Positions 1 to 10,846 of a stretch of DNA of 64,000 nucleotides are shown here, in pieces. This stretch comes from Andalucia godoyi And28 (Eukaryota > Protista > Jakobida). The stretch is from contig VRVR01000044.1 in the NCBI GenBank assembly GCA_009859145.1, positions 124,001 through 188,000 on the forward strand, written 5' to 3'. The stretch's first letter is position 1, and each line of letters begins with the position of its first letter. Below the pieces are notes generated by a model that had not been told where the DNA came from, made no database searches, and was given only the letters and a program-made list of their open reading frames with translations. A program made the position numbers and the translations under genes.

Positions 1-353
1 AAGCGCCACGGCGATCATTCCATACGAAATCTTCTTCCAAAGCTCCATAGTTGCCTACTCATCATTAACCAAAAACATCAAAGTTAACATAAAATGTCAG
101 TCAGTGCAAAAGAAACACCAGAACGCTCAACACACGAGGTGAGCTTAAAAGAGAATTAAAGAAAGCTTTCAGGAAAAAAACAACAACAAAAAACAACAAG
201 ACAACCAAAAAACTGTTCGGTGTCGGTTCCTTTTCCCCCCTTTGTTTGCCATTTGAAGAATGAAAGGGATCGTACCTTGTGTTCATCGTGGGCACCGGCA
301 GAAGCGGCGGTGGATGCGAAGCGGCGAGCCTGGTTGCGGAAAGCAGCGAACAT
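1..353 (-). CDS. COX6A: Cytochrome c oxidase subunit 6A, 5' part (exon 1 276-353, intron 55-275, exon 2 1-54; continues beyond the window)
   Basis: Spliced translation MFAAFRNQARRFASTAASAGAHDEHK|ATMELWKKISYGMIAVAL is a mitochondrial presequence followed by the LWKKIS start of the COX6A/COX13 TM helix. GTACG donor, CTGAC branch-like motif and TAG acceptor keep the frame. Confidence 0.75.
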
Positions 354-1235
354 GGTGAATGTGACAAACAGCAAGGAAATCAAAGACCAAAAAAAACAAC
401 AAAAAAACACAACAACATAATTAAAAAGAAGAAGAACGAGGGTTTTTGATCCATGCTTGTTTGGAGCAGACGACGATGCAAAGTTTACTGGCAGAGTGTG
501 TGTAAGGATCAATAGAACGATGAGAAAAATAGCACAGACACTGTACAGCAGGAAATTGGTTTCGAGTCCAGTTGTATTTCGCAAGTGTGTTCCACGCGTT
601 TGGCACCGGAGGGGGGGCGTGCTGCCACCACTCACCAGTACTTACATGGCTCTCCTGAGGGCCCTTGCCGCCACAGCAGGTCGCACGCCTTTTCCGCAAG
701 CTGCCGGCTACGAATTCGCAGCCCGCATTCACTAGCTGTGGTGACGCTGTTTGGACCAGCGGGACAATTTTTCGCGGATGCGACTCAAACCGCGTCTTCA
801 TACTTGAGTTTAGTTCTTTTCAAAGTTCCCACCACAACGCACTCCGCGCGCAGCCCGCAGAGCAACTCGATGTCAAGTTGTCTGTTCGGTTGCTGTTCTC
901 GTTGCAACCGAGTCCCGTTCCATTTCCATCCGTGCATTCCTCCACTATGGCCGAGTAGCCGAGCCAGGAACGGGAGGGGGGGAGGAGCCATGAATGACCA
1001 CGCCCCTTCATTTCTTCTTCTTCTTCTCATTCTTATCTTCTTCTTCTTCTGATAATGATAACAACAACAATTATTTTTATCATTATCATTATTATTACTA
1101 TAATAATAATTATTATTGTTGTTGTTGTTTCCGTTTCGAAATTACTTTGGTTGTATTGAATTTTTTGGGTTTCTTTTTTCCCAACTATTTTGCTTCGCCG
1201 TCATACCACACACCGACATTTTCTTGTTGTACAAA

Positions 1236-4200
1236 ATGAACGAGCAATTATTGGAGCGTTGTCAACGCATGATGCTTGGAAAGCTTGCTGAACTTTGCGA
1301 CACTCATTCTTTGGCGCAGAGCAAACAGTCCGTCTCAGCAATGCTGCCTTCACAGCTCTCTTCTGCCCAAAGCGCAAATGGGCCCTTTCCGCCCTCAGAC
1401 CGAGGAGTGTTATGGCCCTTGGGACAGTTGGGTGGTGCGGACCCTTACAATGTGGCAATTGACGGATTTGAAGCGGATGAAGAAGAGCTGGCAAAACGCG
1501 TTGACGAGGCGTTCGAAGGACGAAAATCAGATATTCGCTCTCCGTTGGGAACAACACAGGAAACGGACTCGAATGAAGACGGAGATGAGGACGACGACGA
1601 GGACGACGAGGACGATAATGACGAAGATGAAGGCACAGAGAACGTTGGTGCTGATGTTGATGACGACGACGATGACGACGAGGAGGAGAACGATGAAGAA
1701 GTCCCAGACAGCGAAGAGGACAGCGGGGAGCGTGAAGGAATGGAGATAAGAGAGGATGCACGCCGAAGCGCACGTTTTCGAAATCGGAGTGGGCGCGTCA
1801 CCGAGTCTCCAGAGCTTGCATTGTCGAGGGATCCGTTATCGGATCCGAAACTGAAGGCGGCGCTGCGAAAGCGGAGGGATACGCAGGCCCGATTACAAGC
1901 TCTCATGGGGCCGTCGCCGTTGTTTCTTGATTCTAACGAACTTATCCGGGGACCGGAGGTTATGCTGCGGAAACACTCGAGTCGAGACAAACAAGAGCGT
2001 CACTCGTTCCACAGGTCGCCGCTGGATGACGCCATCTTGAAAAGCCCTGTGGAGAACGAACAAGATTACTGGGAGTTCTTGTCAGAAGATGAACAGGATG
2101 TGTACAGAGATGTTCTTGCCGTGCTTCTGTTTCCATGTGCTCGATTTGCCTCACGTGAACATCTAAATTCGTTTTTCATCTTTCGTGGCGATATTGACAT
2201 GCACGACATGGTTACTGCAGGCCATGAAAGCTACAATATTGAACTTGTACGCAGGTCGTTCAAAGTCGGTCGAGAGCGCCATGCTGCAATCGTCCGTCAG
2301 GTAGAATCGCAGTTTGAGACCATATACAGAGATCATCAGAAACGGACAATGCAAGAGAAGGCTTTTCATTCCCTCGATCCGGAATCTATCAATAGGGTGT
2401 TTGGAAGTGGAAAGAAGGATGCAGAGAGTAGAGACCGTCAACAATCGTCGAAGAACCCCGTCGTCAAAGGACTGCGCAACCTTGTTCGTGGACTCGGAAA
2501 ACGTGGCAAAATGAAGCAAAGCGATGAGGATGAGCAAGGGGACGCAGTATCGGCAATTGATTCCTCAGTCCTGCGAGAAGAGGACGAATTTATTCTGGCG
2601 AGCGACGAAGAAGAGATGAAAGGTGGCAAAGATTTATCTGCTGGCAGAGAAAGATGGTCTCTGCATTCCCAAGACAAGTCTCGAAGAAATCCAAGCGTTG
2701 TCGAGGACGAGGAATTCGAAGACTTGGACGATATTGAAGGAAGAAGACCGATCCGATCTGTATCTGAGAGAATTGGTGACACTTCGAGCCAGAGTTCGTA
2801 CACGAGTGCAGGACGAGACTCCGTGAGCGGATCTTCCTTAAAGCTGACCAGAGTGAGCAAGGAAGGTCTGCTTCGTTCATCGATATCCGTCGTCGAGCAA
2901 AAAATATCGATACTCAAGGATGCGCAACAGTCTGCGGCCGCTTCCGAAGGGCCAGACTGGAAACTGCACTCTCCGTTAGCATCGACTGATGTGAACGCAC
3001 GAGTCAATGCACCTCAGCTGGAAGAGACGTACGAAATGAAACGCGAGCGCCACTTGAAGACCATTGCTGCGGTAAAGCGAAAAGACGCAACAATCCAGCA
3101 ATCGAGGAGCGCTGGATCGGAGAGGTCTTTATTGACTGGATCATCCTTCTTGTCCGCGGATTCATTCGACTCGACGTATGTCTTTGAATCCATGATACAA
3201 AGCAGGATGCTTTGGGCGGAGATATTTCATGCGCAACTACTGCGACTGAAGCGCATGCGGCAATGGCGAAACCCGGAGCGCAAGTCTGGAATTCCGCCGG
3301 GGGCGTTTGCAACCATAATCAAATCGTCCAATGACGTGCCGATCCATGTGTCCAGGGAGCCGGCATCCGGTTCAAAGGGTTCTTCGGGGGCGTTCCATGT
3401 CGGCCACTTGTATGTGCACGTCCCTGAAGCGCGAAACTTGCTTGGGAAAAATGCGGACGGGTCGTCTGATCCGTATGTCGAGATTGTTCTGCAGAAACTG
3501 CGCGATCCAGATCAATTCCGCGGAAAGAGTGCGGATATTGAGAAAACGGTTTCGCAGGATGGCGTTTGGAAGACCATTGCGAAATGCAGAACTTGCACGG
3601 TGCGATCGAACCTCTGTCCGTCATGGGAGCACGATCATTATGTTTTTGATGTTCTGTCTTCCGATCTGAGCCATCAGAAGCTCCAACCGTCGCAAGAGTA
3701 CGTTGTTCGCCTGCAGTTCAAAGTTTGGAACGGCTCCAGAAACTCATTCCTCGGTCAGTGTTCTCGAATCGTTCCGATTCAGTTCAAGGTTCGGACGACG
3801 GGTCCGCATGATGAAGTCCAGTTGTTGCAAAAGCGATCGAAGCGGAGTCATGTACAAGGCGCAGTGAAGCTGATCTCCATGTTTCTGGCGCTTCCAGGAT
3901 TGGCTGGCGGTCAAGAATTCAGGACGGACCGCGATGCAGTGTCGACCCAAGAGTCTAAACGAGATCGTGAGCAGCGAGCAATGAAGGACATTCAAAGCAA
4001 ATCGCATGCGTACACACAAGACTATAGAATGATGCTCCCTTCCACATTCTTGTTTGACGACGCGATTAAAAATCTTGAGGTTCTCACGGACAAGTTGCTG
4101 TCGTATGAGACGTTTATGAACGCATTAGCTGCCCAGCGCCTCCCCGAGGACCTCGGAATGTACATGGCAGCTGCGCTTTCTCCGCTCTCTCTCCGAATTC

Positions 4201-7181
4201 TTGTGGAATATTGTGTGAACAGAGACATTGACCCGCTTGTTGCGCAGGTTGTGCTAGCGGAAAGGACACTCCTTTTTATCCGGGAGAACGCGGAGAAGAT
4301 CCGGAAGACAGGGAAGACAGCGCAATGGCCGATCTTAGAATTGAAAAGGATGATAGAATCCTTGTTTACGGGCCATTCCAACGCCTTCTACGAACATCAT
4401 CGTGGGCTTCGGAAGTTGAGATTAGACACAATCGGAGTTGCGATTGATGTTTTTAGTTACCTGTTGGGATCCTACTCGGTCTTTGTGATGACGGTTACGG
4501 ACTTTGGATTTCTTGTGCGTATGGTGTCGTATCTCCGTGGCCTCCCGGAGGCAGCTGTGGTGCGGCCCCATACGGCTCGTTGTGAAGAATATCTTGCGGA
4601 ATTACTCCAGCCGACAGCTACTAGCATCCTTGCGGGCGTGATCGTCCCACTGAAAACCCGAAAACTCGGAGACATCTCTGCCGAACTGTTACGAAGTGTG
4701 GTCCATCATGCGACGGAACGATTTACTCATGACTTTTTGCGGTATGGAGCATTGTCGGTATCCAGCATACCGCTGTTTCCCATTCTCGGGCGGATGCTCG
4801 CGCACTCCCTTCGATATGTTCTTCTCCATGTTTTTGAGGCACTTCACAGAGAAAGATCCCGCCAGTCCCTCGGAGCCGGAACGAACAACACTGTTGCAGA
4901 ATCGACAGTGCCGACGTCCTGCAGGATGGGAATTCCTTCGCACGGAGGAAAACGCAACGACGAAGAAGTAGAGAATGCGCTCTTGCTTTGCGTGGAACTG
5001 CACAAGTTCCAGGACGCCGTTTCGAGATTTGATGTTTTTCGGGCGAAACCAGATGTTCCTGGAGAAGATCCCCTTGCGGGTGCGTACTTGGTGAAGCCTC
5101 GACAGTCCACATCAAGCTCAACTCTGTTTCACAGCGTGAGCCGGGGATCTATTACCTCCATAGAATCATTCACGGATCTGCAGAGACTTCTTTGTGATTC
5201 TGTTACTTTAAGTAAGCCCGCGTTTCGACTGCCTCTGAGGGAAATATTCCAGATTGACGTGCATATGTTGTTCGACAGGATCCACGAGCAAGCCTTGCCC
5301 GTGACAAGACTGCTTATCACATCCACGGATGCCTCTCACCTCTTGTTTTTCACTCTTTTGGATGATATTCACGCCGTGCTCGAGAGGATTTGCAACGGAA
5401 AGCATCATGCATGCATTCTTGATGGAGAGGTCCGCGTATTCCGTGGAATTATTGCACAATTTGCAGAAGCACTGGGAGCGGAGTGCAACCTTCGGATCAC
5501 GAACATGCGCTCTGTATGGAGTCCGTTTGACGTGTACCGCACGTCGAAAGAAAAGACAGAAAGTAAGTCGGAGGACGAAGAAGAAGCACTGCTGTTCATG
5601 AAACGAGTATTCAAACGATGCGAGGCTCTGAACGAAACACAAGAGATGTGGGCTTCTTTTGCGGAAGAATTGGAAGAAATGAAAAAGATGAGTGAAACCG
5701 AAGAACTACCGAGCAAAATGGTCCTCGACAACGAATACGATGCTTGGATTAAGAATCACTGCAACATCGAGAAGATCATCTCCGAGGCCTGTAGTGATAT
5801 TCTGGAATCTTTCGGGTCGTATGTGTCTCGTTCTTATACAGCGATTCTAATTGCACTTGCTCTGGGATTTCCAGTTCCTTCAACCGTTCTAAACAAGTCT
5901 CTCTTTGTGTCATCGAGGGACATCGATCTGGTCGGCGTACTTTCTGGGATGATTACCGGCGCGACACAATCATTTTCCTCGAGCGGAAGTGCCGGTAAAA
6001 ATGGAAAGGGAAATGGTGGTGGGGGAGGGAAAAACGCAGTCGAGGGCAGCGCACGCCTCCTGCGAGACCGCCTCTCTCCTCTTGAAGAAGCGTCTGCTCG
6101 GGTTTTTGCTCGAATTCTTTTCGTGTACATGACAAAGTTGTGCACTGTCATTGAGCAGTGTTGTCCGAAATTTGCAAACAACTTGAAGAAAGCCCTGTGG
6201 GACCGAACCGAGCAAGACACGGTGTCCTTGATACTTGGGAATGGCTGTAACGGGCTGTGGGGTCCTGAGCGGTCCATGCGGGCTTCTGCGGTATCTTCGT
6301 ATCTTGCATTTTGTTTGATCCAACCCACCATTGGCCTGCGAGATTGCATGGCACTTCAGCGAGATGTTCGATATTTTGAGGATCATTCCAAAGATTCACG
6401 CCAGGGAGTAGCAGAGAATGATACCGACGATCTTCGGTCCACAGTGTCATCCAGCAGCCGTTTGTCGCGCGACTTGTTGACAGAAGAATTCATCGAGCGA
6501 TGGACTGTGGCTCGTCTCATCAATGGCCCTTCATCGATACCGTCGTCATCCGGGAGCAATAACAATCACGGGGCTAACAACAATCTTGACGGTAGTAGGG
6601 GTAGTGGTGGTAGTGCGAAGGAGGATCATAGTGATGACGCCGCCGATCTGCCTTCCCCGGACCCAGGTGCATTTTTGTCGCTGGATGATATTCGTCCTTG
6701 GTTCATGGCTGCACGTCGTTTCTATGCCCTCGCATGCTCTCCGTCTGCAGTGCTTGTGTCGATTGTCGCATCTTCGAATCCGCAAGATGCCGTGCAGAAT
6801 GGGAATCCCTCCGAGCCTGTCCGCGTTGCGCTGCAGAACGACAGCCAGGACTCGTTTCGCCAAGAACAGTTTGATTCGCTGCTGCTGTTGACCGCAAGAG
6901 GCCACGAAATTCCACTTCCAAAATCCGTGTACGGAATGGAGCATGCCTTTGCAAAAGCCCGACGTGGATTTCCACTGTCCAGTGCTTCGTCGGAGCATGG
7001 GACAAAGCGACGATCATTCAACCCATTTGCAAGCTGCGGCGGCTCGTCTGCAGAGTCCTCGTACAAGAAGCGTGTTGAAGAAGAACACAAGGTAGCCAAG
7101 CGGGCCATGCGAGAGTGGGCATCTTCGCCACAAATCGTCGAAGCTCGGAAAATGTTGGAAGAGTATCGACGCAGCCTGTAA
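1236..7181 (+). CDS. Large (~1980 aa) C2-domain protein with long helical C-terminal region, possibly Munc13/MUN-like
   Basis: Single ORF. C2 signature LYVHVPEARNLLGKNADGSSDPYVEIVL...VRSNLCPSW...FKVWNGSRNSFLGQ; acidic N-terminus. The start was placed at MNEQLL after an AT-rich UTR. The MUN assignment is inference only. Confidence 0.7.
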   Translation: MNEQLLERCQRMMLGKLAELCDTHSLAQSKQSVSAMLPSQLSSAQSANGPFPPSDRGVLWPLGQLGGADPYNVAIDGFEADEEELAKRVDEAFEGRKSDIRSPLGTTQETDSNEDGDEDDDEDDEDDNDEDEGTENVGADVDDDDDDDEEENDEEVPDSEEDSGEREGMEIREDARRSARFRNRSGRVTESPELALSRDPLSDPKLKAALRKRRDTQARLQALMGPSPLFLDSNELIRGPEVMLRKHSSRDKQERHSFHRSPLDDAILKSPVENEQDYWEFLSEDEQDVYRDVLAVLLFPCARFASREHLNSFFIFRGDIDMHDMVTAGHESYNIELVRRSFKVGRERHAAIVRQVESQFETIYRDHQKRTMQEKAFHSLDPESINRVFGSGKKDAESRDRQQSSKNPVVKGLRNLVRGLGKRGKMKQSDEDEQGDAVSAIDSSVLREEDEFILASDEEEMKGGKDLSAGRERWSLHSQDKSRRNPSVVEDEEFEDLDDIEGRRPIRSVSERIGDTSSQSSYTSAGRDSVSGSSLKLTRVSKEGLLRSSISVVEQKISILKDAQQSAAASEGPDWKLHSPLASTDVNARVNAPQLEETYEMKRERHLKTIAAVKRKDATIQQSRSAGSERSLLTGSSFLSADSFDSTYVFESMIQSRMLWAEIFHAQLLRLKRMRQWRNPERKSGIPPGAFATIIKSSNDVPIHVSREPASGSKGSSGAFHVGHLYVHVPEARNLLGKNADGSSDPYVEIVLQKLRDPDQFRGKSADIEKTVSQDGVWKTIAKCRTCTVRSNLCPSWEHDHYVFDVLSSDLSHQKLQPSQEYVVRLQFKVWNGSRNSFLGQCSRIVPIQFKVRTTGPHDEVQLLQKRSKRSHVQGAVKLISMFLALPGLAGGQEFRTDRDAVSTQESKRDREQRAMKDIQSKSHAYTQDYRMMLPSTFLFDDAIKNLEVLTDKLLSYETFMNALAAQRLPEDLGMYMAAALSPLSLRILVEYCVNRDIDPLVAQVVLAERTLLFIRENAEKIRKTGKTAQWPILELKRMIESLFTGHSNAFYEHHRGLRKLRLDTIGVAIDVFSYLLGSYSVFVMTVTDFGFLVRMVSYLRGLPEAAVVRPHTARCEEYLAELLQPTATSILAGVIVPLKTRKLGDISAELLRSVVHHATERFTHDFLRYGALSVSSIPLFPILGRMLAHSLRYVLLHVFEALHRERSRQSLGAGTNNTVAESTVPTSCRMGIPSHGGKRNDEEVENALLLCVELHKFQDAVSRFDVFRAKPDVPGEDPLAGAYLVKPRQSTSSSTLFHSVSRGSITSIESFTDLQRLLCDSVTLSKPAFRLPLREIFQIDVHMLFDRIHEQALPVTRLLITSTDASHLLFFTLLDDIHAVLERICNGKHHACILDGEVRVFRGIIAQFAEALGAECNLRITNMRSVWSPFDVYRTSKEKTESKSEDEEEALLFMKRVFKRCEALNETQEMWASFAEELEEMKKMSETEELPSKMVLDNEYDAWIKNHCNIEKIISEACSDILESFGSYVSRSYTAILIALALGFPVPSTVLNKSLFVSSRDIDLVGVLSGMITGATQSFSSSGSAGKNGKGNGGGGGKNAVEGSARLLRDRLSPLEEASARVFARILFVYMTKLCTVIEQCCPKFANNLKKALWDRTEQDTVSLILGNGCNGLWGPERSMRASAVSSYLAFCLIQPTIGLRDCMALQRDVRYFEDHSKDSRQGVAENDTDDLRSTVSSSSRLSRDLLTEEFIERWTVARLINGPSSIPSSSGSNNNHGANNNLDGSRGSGGSAKEDHSDDAADLPSPDPGAFLSLDDIRPWFMAARRFYALACSPSAVLVSIVASSNPQDAVQNGNPSEPVRVALQNDSQDSFRQEQFDSLLLLTARGHEIPLPKSVYGMEHAFAKARRGFPLSSASSEHGTKRRSFNPFASCGGSSAESSYKKRVEEEHKVAKRAMREWASSPQIVEARKMLEEYRRSL

Positions 7182-7268
7182 ACCACAATGACCATGATTA
7201 CACGTAAGATTTCGATTTCCCCTCTTCTTCCATTTCCACATCTTCTCCTCTCCTTGTCCTTGACCCCA

Positions 7269-7739
7269 CTACGAAAAAGAAATCCCGCTGGTCCGCTGAA
7301 ATTCAATGGCGCGCTGGATTGAAAGTGCTACAATGCGGTGTGGATTGTACGCGAATGAAAACGGCCAGAGAAACTGCGACGGATAGACGGCAATGAGCGA
7401 GACTACAAGCATTGCGAATTTCCAAAACTCATTTCGGATCCGCAGAAGGGACAGCTGCGATCGATACGTCGGAGTAATTGTAAATGCGCCATTCGGATTC
7501 TGAATAGGTCGCATCAAATAATGCTTGGTCCAGTCCGGAGAAGCAAGAGCAGCAGCACGTGGAGAAGAAGAAGAAGAAGACGGAGGAGGAGAGGCATCGC
7601 GCGACACCCGTGGAATTTCCAGCATCACCTGTTCCTTGGCCATCGAAGGATCGCCTCGCTGTGAACCGCCATCACGCTTTATGTATCGACGCGCAATCGC
7701 CAACACCCGGCTTTTTTCTTTGTCCATCCCGTCGTTCAT
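7269..7739 (-). CDS. Hypothetical protein with a hydrophobic segment
   Basis: 156-aa ORF filling the gap between two genes, with a Ser/Pro linker and a hydrophobic stretch (FWKFAMLVVSLIAVY); family not recognised. Confidence 0.45.
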   Translation of the reverse strand: MNDGMDKEKSRVLAIARRYIKRDGGSQRGDPSMAKEQVMLEIPRVSRDASPPPSSSSSSPRAAALASPDWTKHYLMRPIQNPNGAFTITPTYRSQLSLLRIRNEFWKFAMLVVSLIAVYPSQFLWPFSFAYNPHRIVALSIQRAIEFQRTSGISFS

Positions 7740-7975
7740 ACCGTATGCTGATCGACAATTAACAGAGAAGAAGAAGAATGCAGCAACGTGCGTCGTGCAT
7801 CGGTATTCGCGGCTTGCGGCGTGCGAAAGGCTTGATATGGTACTTTCGGGGGGTGTTCTGCCGGATCTTCAAAAACGATGTTTTGGCGAGCGGCATGTGG
7901 ACAACCAAACAGCAAGCAGCACGCTGCAGGAAACAAGGGCATTTTGCATTTGATGATCGGCGAGGTTCCTGATGA

Positions 7976-9193
7976 ATGACTACTTTCTCCATGTGCCTCT
8001 TGCTTCCGCTTCTTCTTGTGGTTTCTGTGCTGTCTGTGCTTCTCTTGTTGTGCAATCGCACCCGTCGTCCCCAATGCCCGGGAAAAGCCGGACAGAGAGG
8101 GCCGTCGGCCACATCGGGTCTTTCACACCTTGCGCTCCATCATCACACACTTCATAAGAACACGAACACGAACCCGGACACGGACACGGACACAGACAGT
8201 CCGTCGTGGGTGAATCTTGGTCTGTGGTCCACCGCCTCCGGTGCGCAACACCAGCAGTCGTACGCACAGGCTTGCGAGGCGCTTGCGCTGTATCTGGGCG
8301 CGCAGTGCGGGCTGTCCCTTTCCACGTCCGCGTCATCGACCTCGCCATTCGTTGATCCTTGTGGATCGCGTCGCCGTCGCCGTCGTGAGAATGTGCATGT
8401 GTGGGAAGTGGCATGCGGCTGCGGCGACTCGCTGTGGACGTGGCATCGATCGTTTGGAATCCCGTGGTCTCACATCCACGCCTCCACTCTATCCAACACC
8501 CAACACTCGTTTCTCCTCTCGAAGCTCAGCCGGTACTTCTCTCGCCACCGCCTCTCTGACGAAAACGATCGACCGACGGTGGTCCAGTCGGATGCAGCAC
8601 GCTTCTATTCCACATTTGAATCACTTCAAGCTCAAAATCGCGCGAATGGGGAGGATGACGAAGGTGGACTCAATATCGTGATTGCGCTGGACTGCGCCTA
8701 CCACTTTACTCCATCGCGATACGACTTTTTCCGGGCATCGTCGCGCTTCTTTTTTGGTCCTTCTTCCTCTGCGTTGTCTTCGGTCCCGTCGCGTCAACGC
8801 TTGCGAATAGGCCTGGTCGATCTGGTCCTTTCTAGCCCGTCCTCTGGTTGCTGGTGGAGAGAATGGGTGGTGTGTGCGGCGTGTCAAGCTTGTTCCATTC
8901 CGCGATGCAACATGCGCACACTGTCTGCCTACCGTGCGGATCTGCAGTCATGTGGCTTTAGCAGTGTGCACAGCTGCGAGCAGATTGGGCAGCACGTGTT
9001 TTACGGATTCATGCGGTTCACGGCCGCCTCCTGCTGGGAAATGCTGCAGTCCATGAAACTCGCGCAGGCAGCCAGAACTGTGCCGTTCGCTTGCGCAGCG
9101 CTCGTCTTTTGGACTCTCTGGAAAACCAGCTTCATCGACATGGTGTGCATCGTCGCCGATCGTACGCCCGAAGCGAAGGACACGACCGCTTGA
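7976..9193 (+). CDS. Class I SAM-dependent methyltransferase with N-terminal membrane anchor
   Basis: WVNLGLW, YAQACEALA, motif-I-like VWEVACGCGDSL and IALDCAYHF motifs; hydrophobic N-terminus. Confidence 0.7.
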   Translation: MTTFSMCLLLPLLLVVSVLSVLLLLCNRTRRPQCPGKAGQRGPSATSGLSHLALHHHTLHKNTNTNPDTDTDTDSPSWVNLGLWSTASGAQHQQSYAQACEALALYLGAQCGLSLSTSASSTSPFVDPCGSRRRRRRENVHVWEVACGCGDSLWTWHRSFGIPWSHIHASTLSNTQHSFLLSKLSRYFSRHRLSDENDRPTVVQSDAARFYSTFESLQAQNRANGEDDEGGLNIVIALDCAYHFTPSRYDFFRASSRFFFGPSSSALSSVPSRQRLRIGLVDLVLSSPSSGCWWREWVVCAACQACSIPRCNMRTLSAYRADLQSCGFSSVHSCEQIGQHVFYGFMRFTAASCWEMLQSMKLAQAARTVPFACAALVFWTLWKTSFIDMVCIVADRTPEAKDTTA

Positions 9194-9323
9194 GTTTGAT
9201 GCGATGCGGGTTTTCTTCTTCCCCCTTTTCTTTCTGCGCGTCTCTTCTCTTCGCTGTTCTTTCCCCTTTATCTTTTCAATTTTCTCTTCCTGTTTTTTCT
9301 TTCTTCAATATTAAGTATGGACA

Positions 9324-10553
9324 GTGTTACGTTTTCTGGTCCGGGGTTTATTTTTGGCATTGGGAGGTGCAGCAATGGTTGAGAAGTGGGCGGGGATGTT
9401 CCGGGATGACGCCTCGTTGATGATGCAGGGAGTTTGGATCTTTTCAATTTTAGCGGGAATCCACAGCGTCGTATGGATGGGTGGGAAGAGTGTGTCGCAG
9501 CTGGTACGGATGCGGGGTGGGAAGTTGGCTTATCAGGGAGGCGCATGCTTGTGTCTGTTGCTGGGCGGTGGCCTTTTCATGCTGTCCTTCTTGGGCTCCT
9601 CCCCGGCCCAGATGGCAGTGCACATGGCAATGTGGACGGACTTGGCAAAATCCCGTGGTCCTGTAAAGTCGGTCCTGTGGCTTCCGGAATGCTGCTTGTT
9701 TGTGTCTCTGGCTTTGTGGCTTGGAGTGGAGCGGATCCGATTTGGATATTCTGTGTTTCGTCTGCTGTCGCTTCTCGTCGTGTTTTTCCTGCGAGTTATG
9801 GGCTTCGCGCCAGCACTTCCCGTCGGCTTCGTTCTTCTGTCTGCAATCCCGCCCCTCGTTCTTGTCTGTGCCGCCTGCACTACTCGATTCGGCACACCAC
9901 CATTTGCGCTAGCAGTCCCATTCTCCCGCTTGCTGCCCACACTGTTTTCCATTCTCGGCGTCTTTTCCGCGCTCGTCCTTCCGCTCGCGCCCGTGTTCCT
10001 TGTTGGGTTCCTCGCCATTCCCATTCTGTATCCTCCCGTCGCCCGCCAGCCTTCCCGCCCTGCTTCCACTCCGTCAATCCGTCCCGGTTCGACTTCAACG
10101 TCGCTGGGCCTCGCCGTCTGCTTCCTTCTATGTGCCTGCCTCTCGTTCTTTCTCGTCGTTTCAGCCTTCGCTCGCCTCAGACTTGCTGCACCCGACACCT
10201 GGCTCAAGCGCATCACTACCGATCTCTTTCCCCCATTATCGTCGTCGTCGTCGTCATCACTCTCCGCCTCGTGGATAAGTATCTTGTCGGGAATTGTCAC
10301 GAGTTCGGTCTATTTCGTCATGGATGCCGCAGTGATGTCACCGCCGCACGCCCGATTCCGGCTGGGAGTCGGACTGTTGTGGTCTGTCCTCTCCGTAAGT
10401 CTCACGCCCGCCGTCGCATTTCCCCTCTATGCCGCTTTTCGAGAAATGCGACTTGCCCGATGGTCTCGATTCCATTCCAGTCCTCAGCAACCACAGCCCG
10501 CCCCCTATCATTTCGAAACTGTGCGGAACCCGACAAAATCTAAGCATCTGTAA
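9324..10553 (+). CDS. Polytopic membrane protein of unknown function
   Basis: 409-aa ORF with roughly ten hydrophobic segments, flanked by T-rich and A-rich UTR-like DNA. Confidence 0.65.
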   Translation: MLRFLVRGLFLALGGAAMVEKWAGMFRDDASLMMQGVWIFSILAGIHSVVWMGGKSVSQLVRMRGGKLAYQGGACLCLLLGGGLFMLSFLGSSPAQMAVHMAMWTDLAKSRGPVKSVLWLPECCLFVSLALWLGVERIRFGYSVFRLLSLLVVFFLRVMGFAPALPVGFVLLSAIPPLVLVCAACTTRFGTPPFALAVPFSRLLPTLFSILGVFSALVLPLAPVFLVGFLAIPILYPPVARQPSRPASTPSIRPGSTSTSLGLAVCFLLCACLSFFLVVSAFARLRLAAPDTWLKRITTDLFPPLSSSSSSSLSASWISILSGIVTSSVYFVMDAAVMSPPHARFRLGVGLLWSVLSVSLTPAVAFPLYAAFREMRLARWSRFHSSPQQPQPAPYHFETVRNPTKSKHL

Positions 10554-10846
10554 AATAATAATTTAAATTAAAAAAAGTAAAACAACAATAGTCTTTCTGC
10601 TGTACTCGCAACGAAGGAACTCGAACCTTCGATCGATCGACAGTTCTCGCTTCAAGCTTCACGACGTTTTTCTGCACTTTGCATGTTTGCATTCTGATTT
10701 CCTCAATTTGTGCGTGCAAATCTTCATTCATCTTTCAACAAAAAGAAAAAAAGAAAAAGCTAGCTTTCTTTTCCCGATCACTGCTTCTCCTCTTTTATTT
10801 TCCTCGTCAGTGTGTGTGCAGCCAAAAGAACAGGAATTAGTATCGG

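Noticed and set aside
421-1050. GC-rich stretch between COX6A and the C2 gene, with several overlapping short ORFs and a faint match (CGCGTGGA...TGCGAAATA) to 32704-32730
   Set aside because: No recognisable protein motif in any frame, and the DNA match does not extend beyond ~25 nt, so it may be chance.
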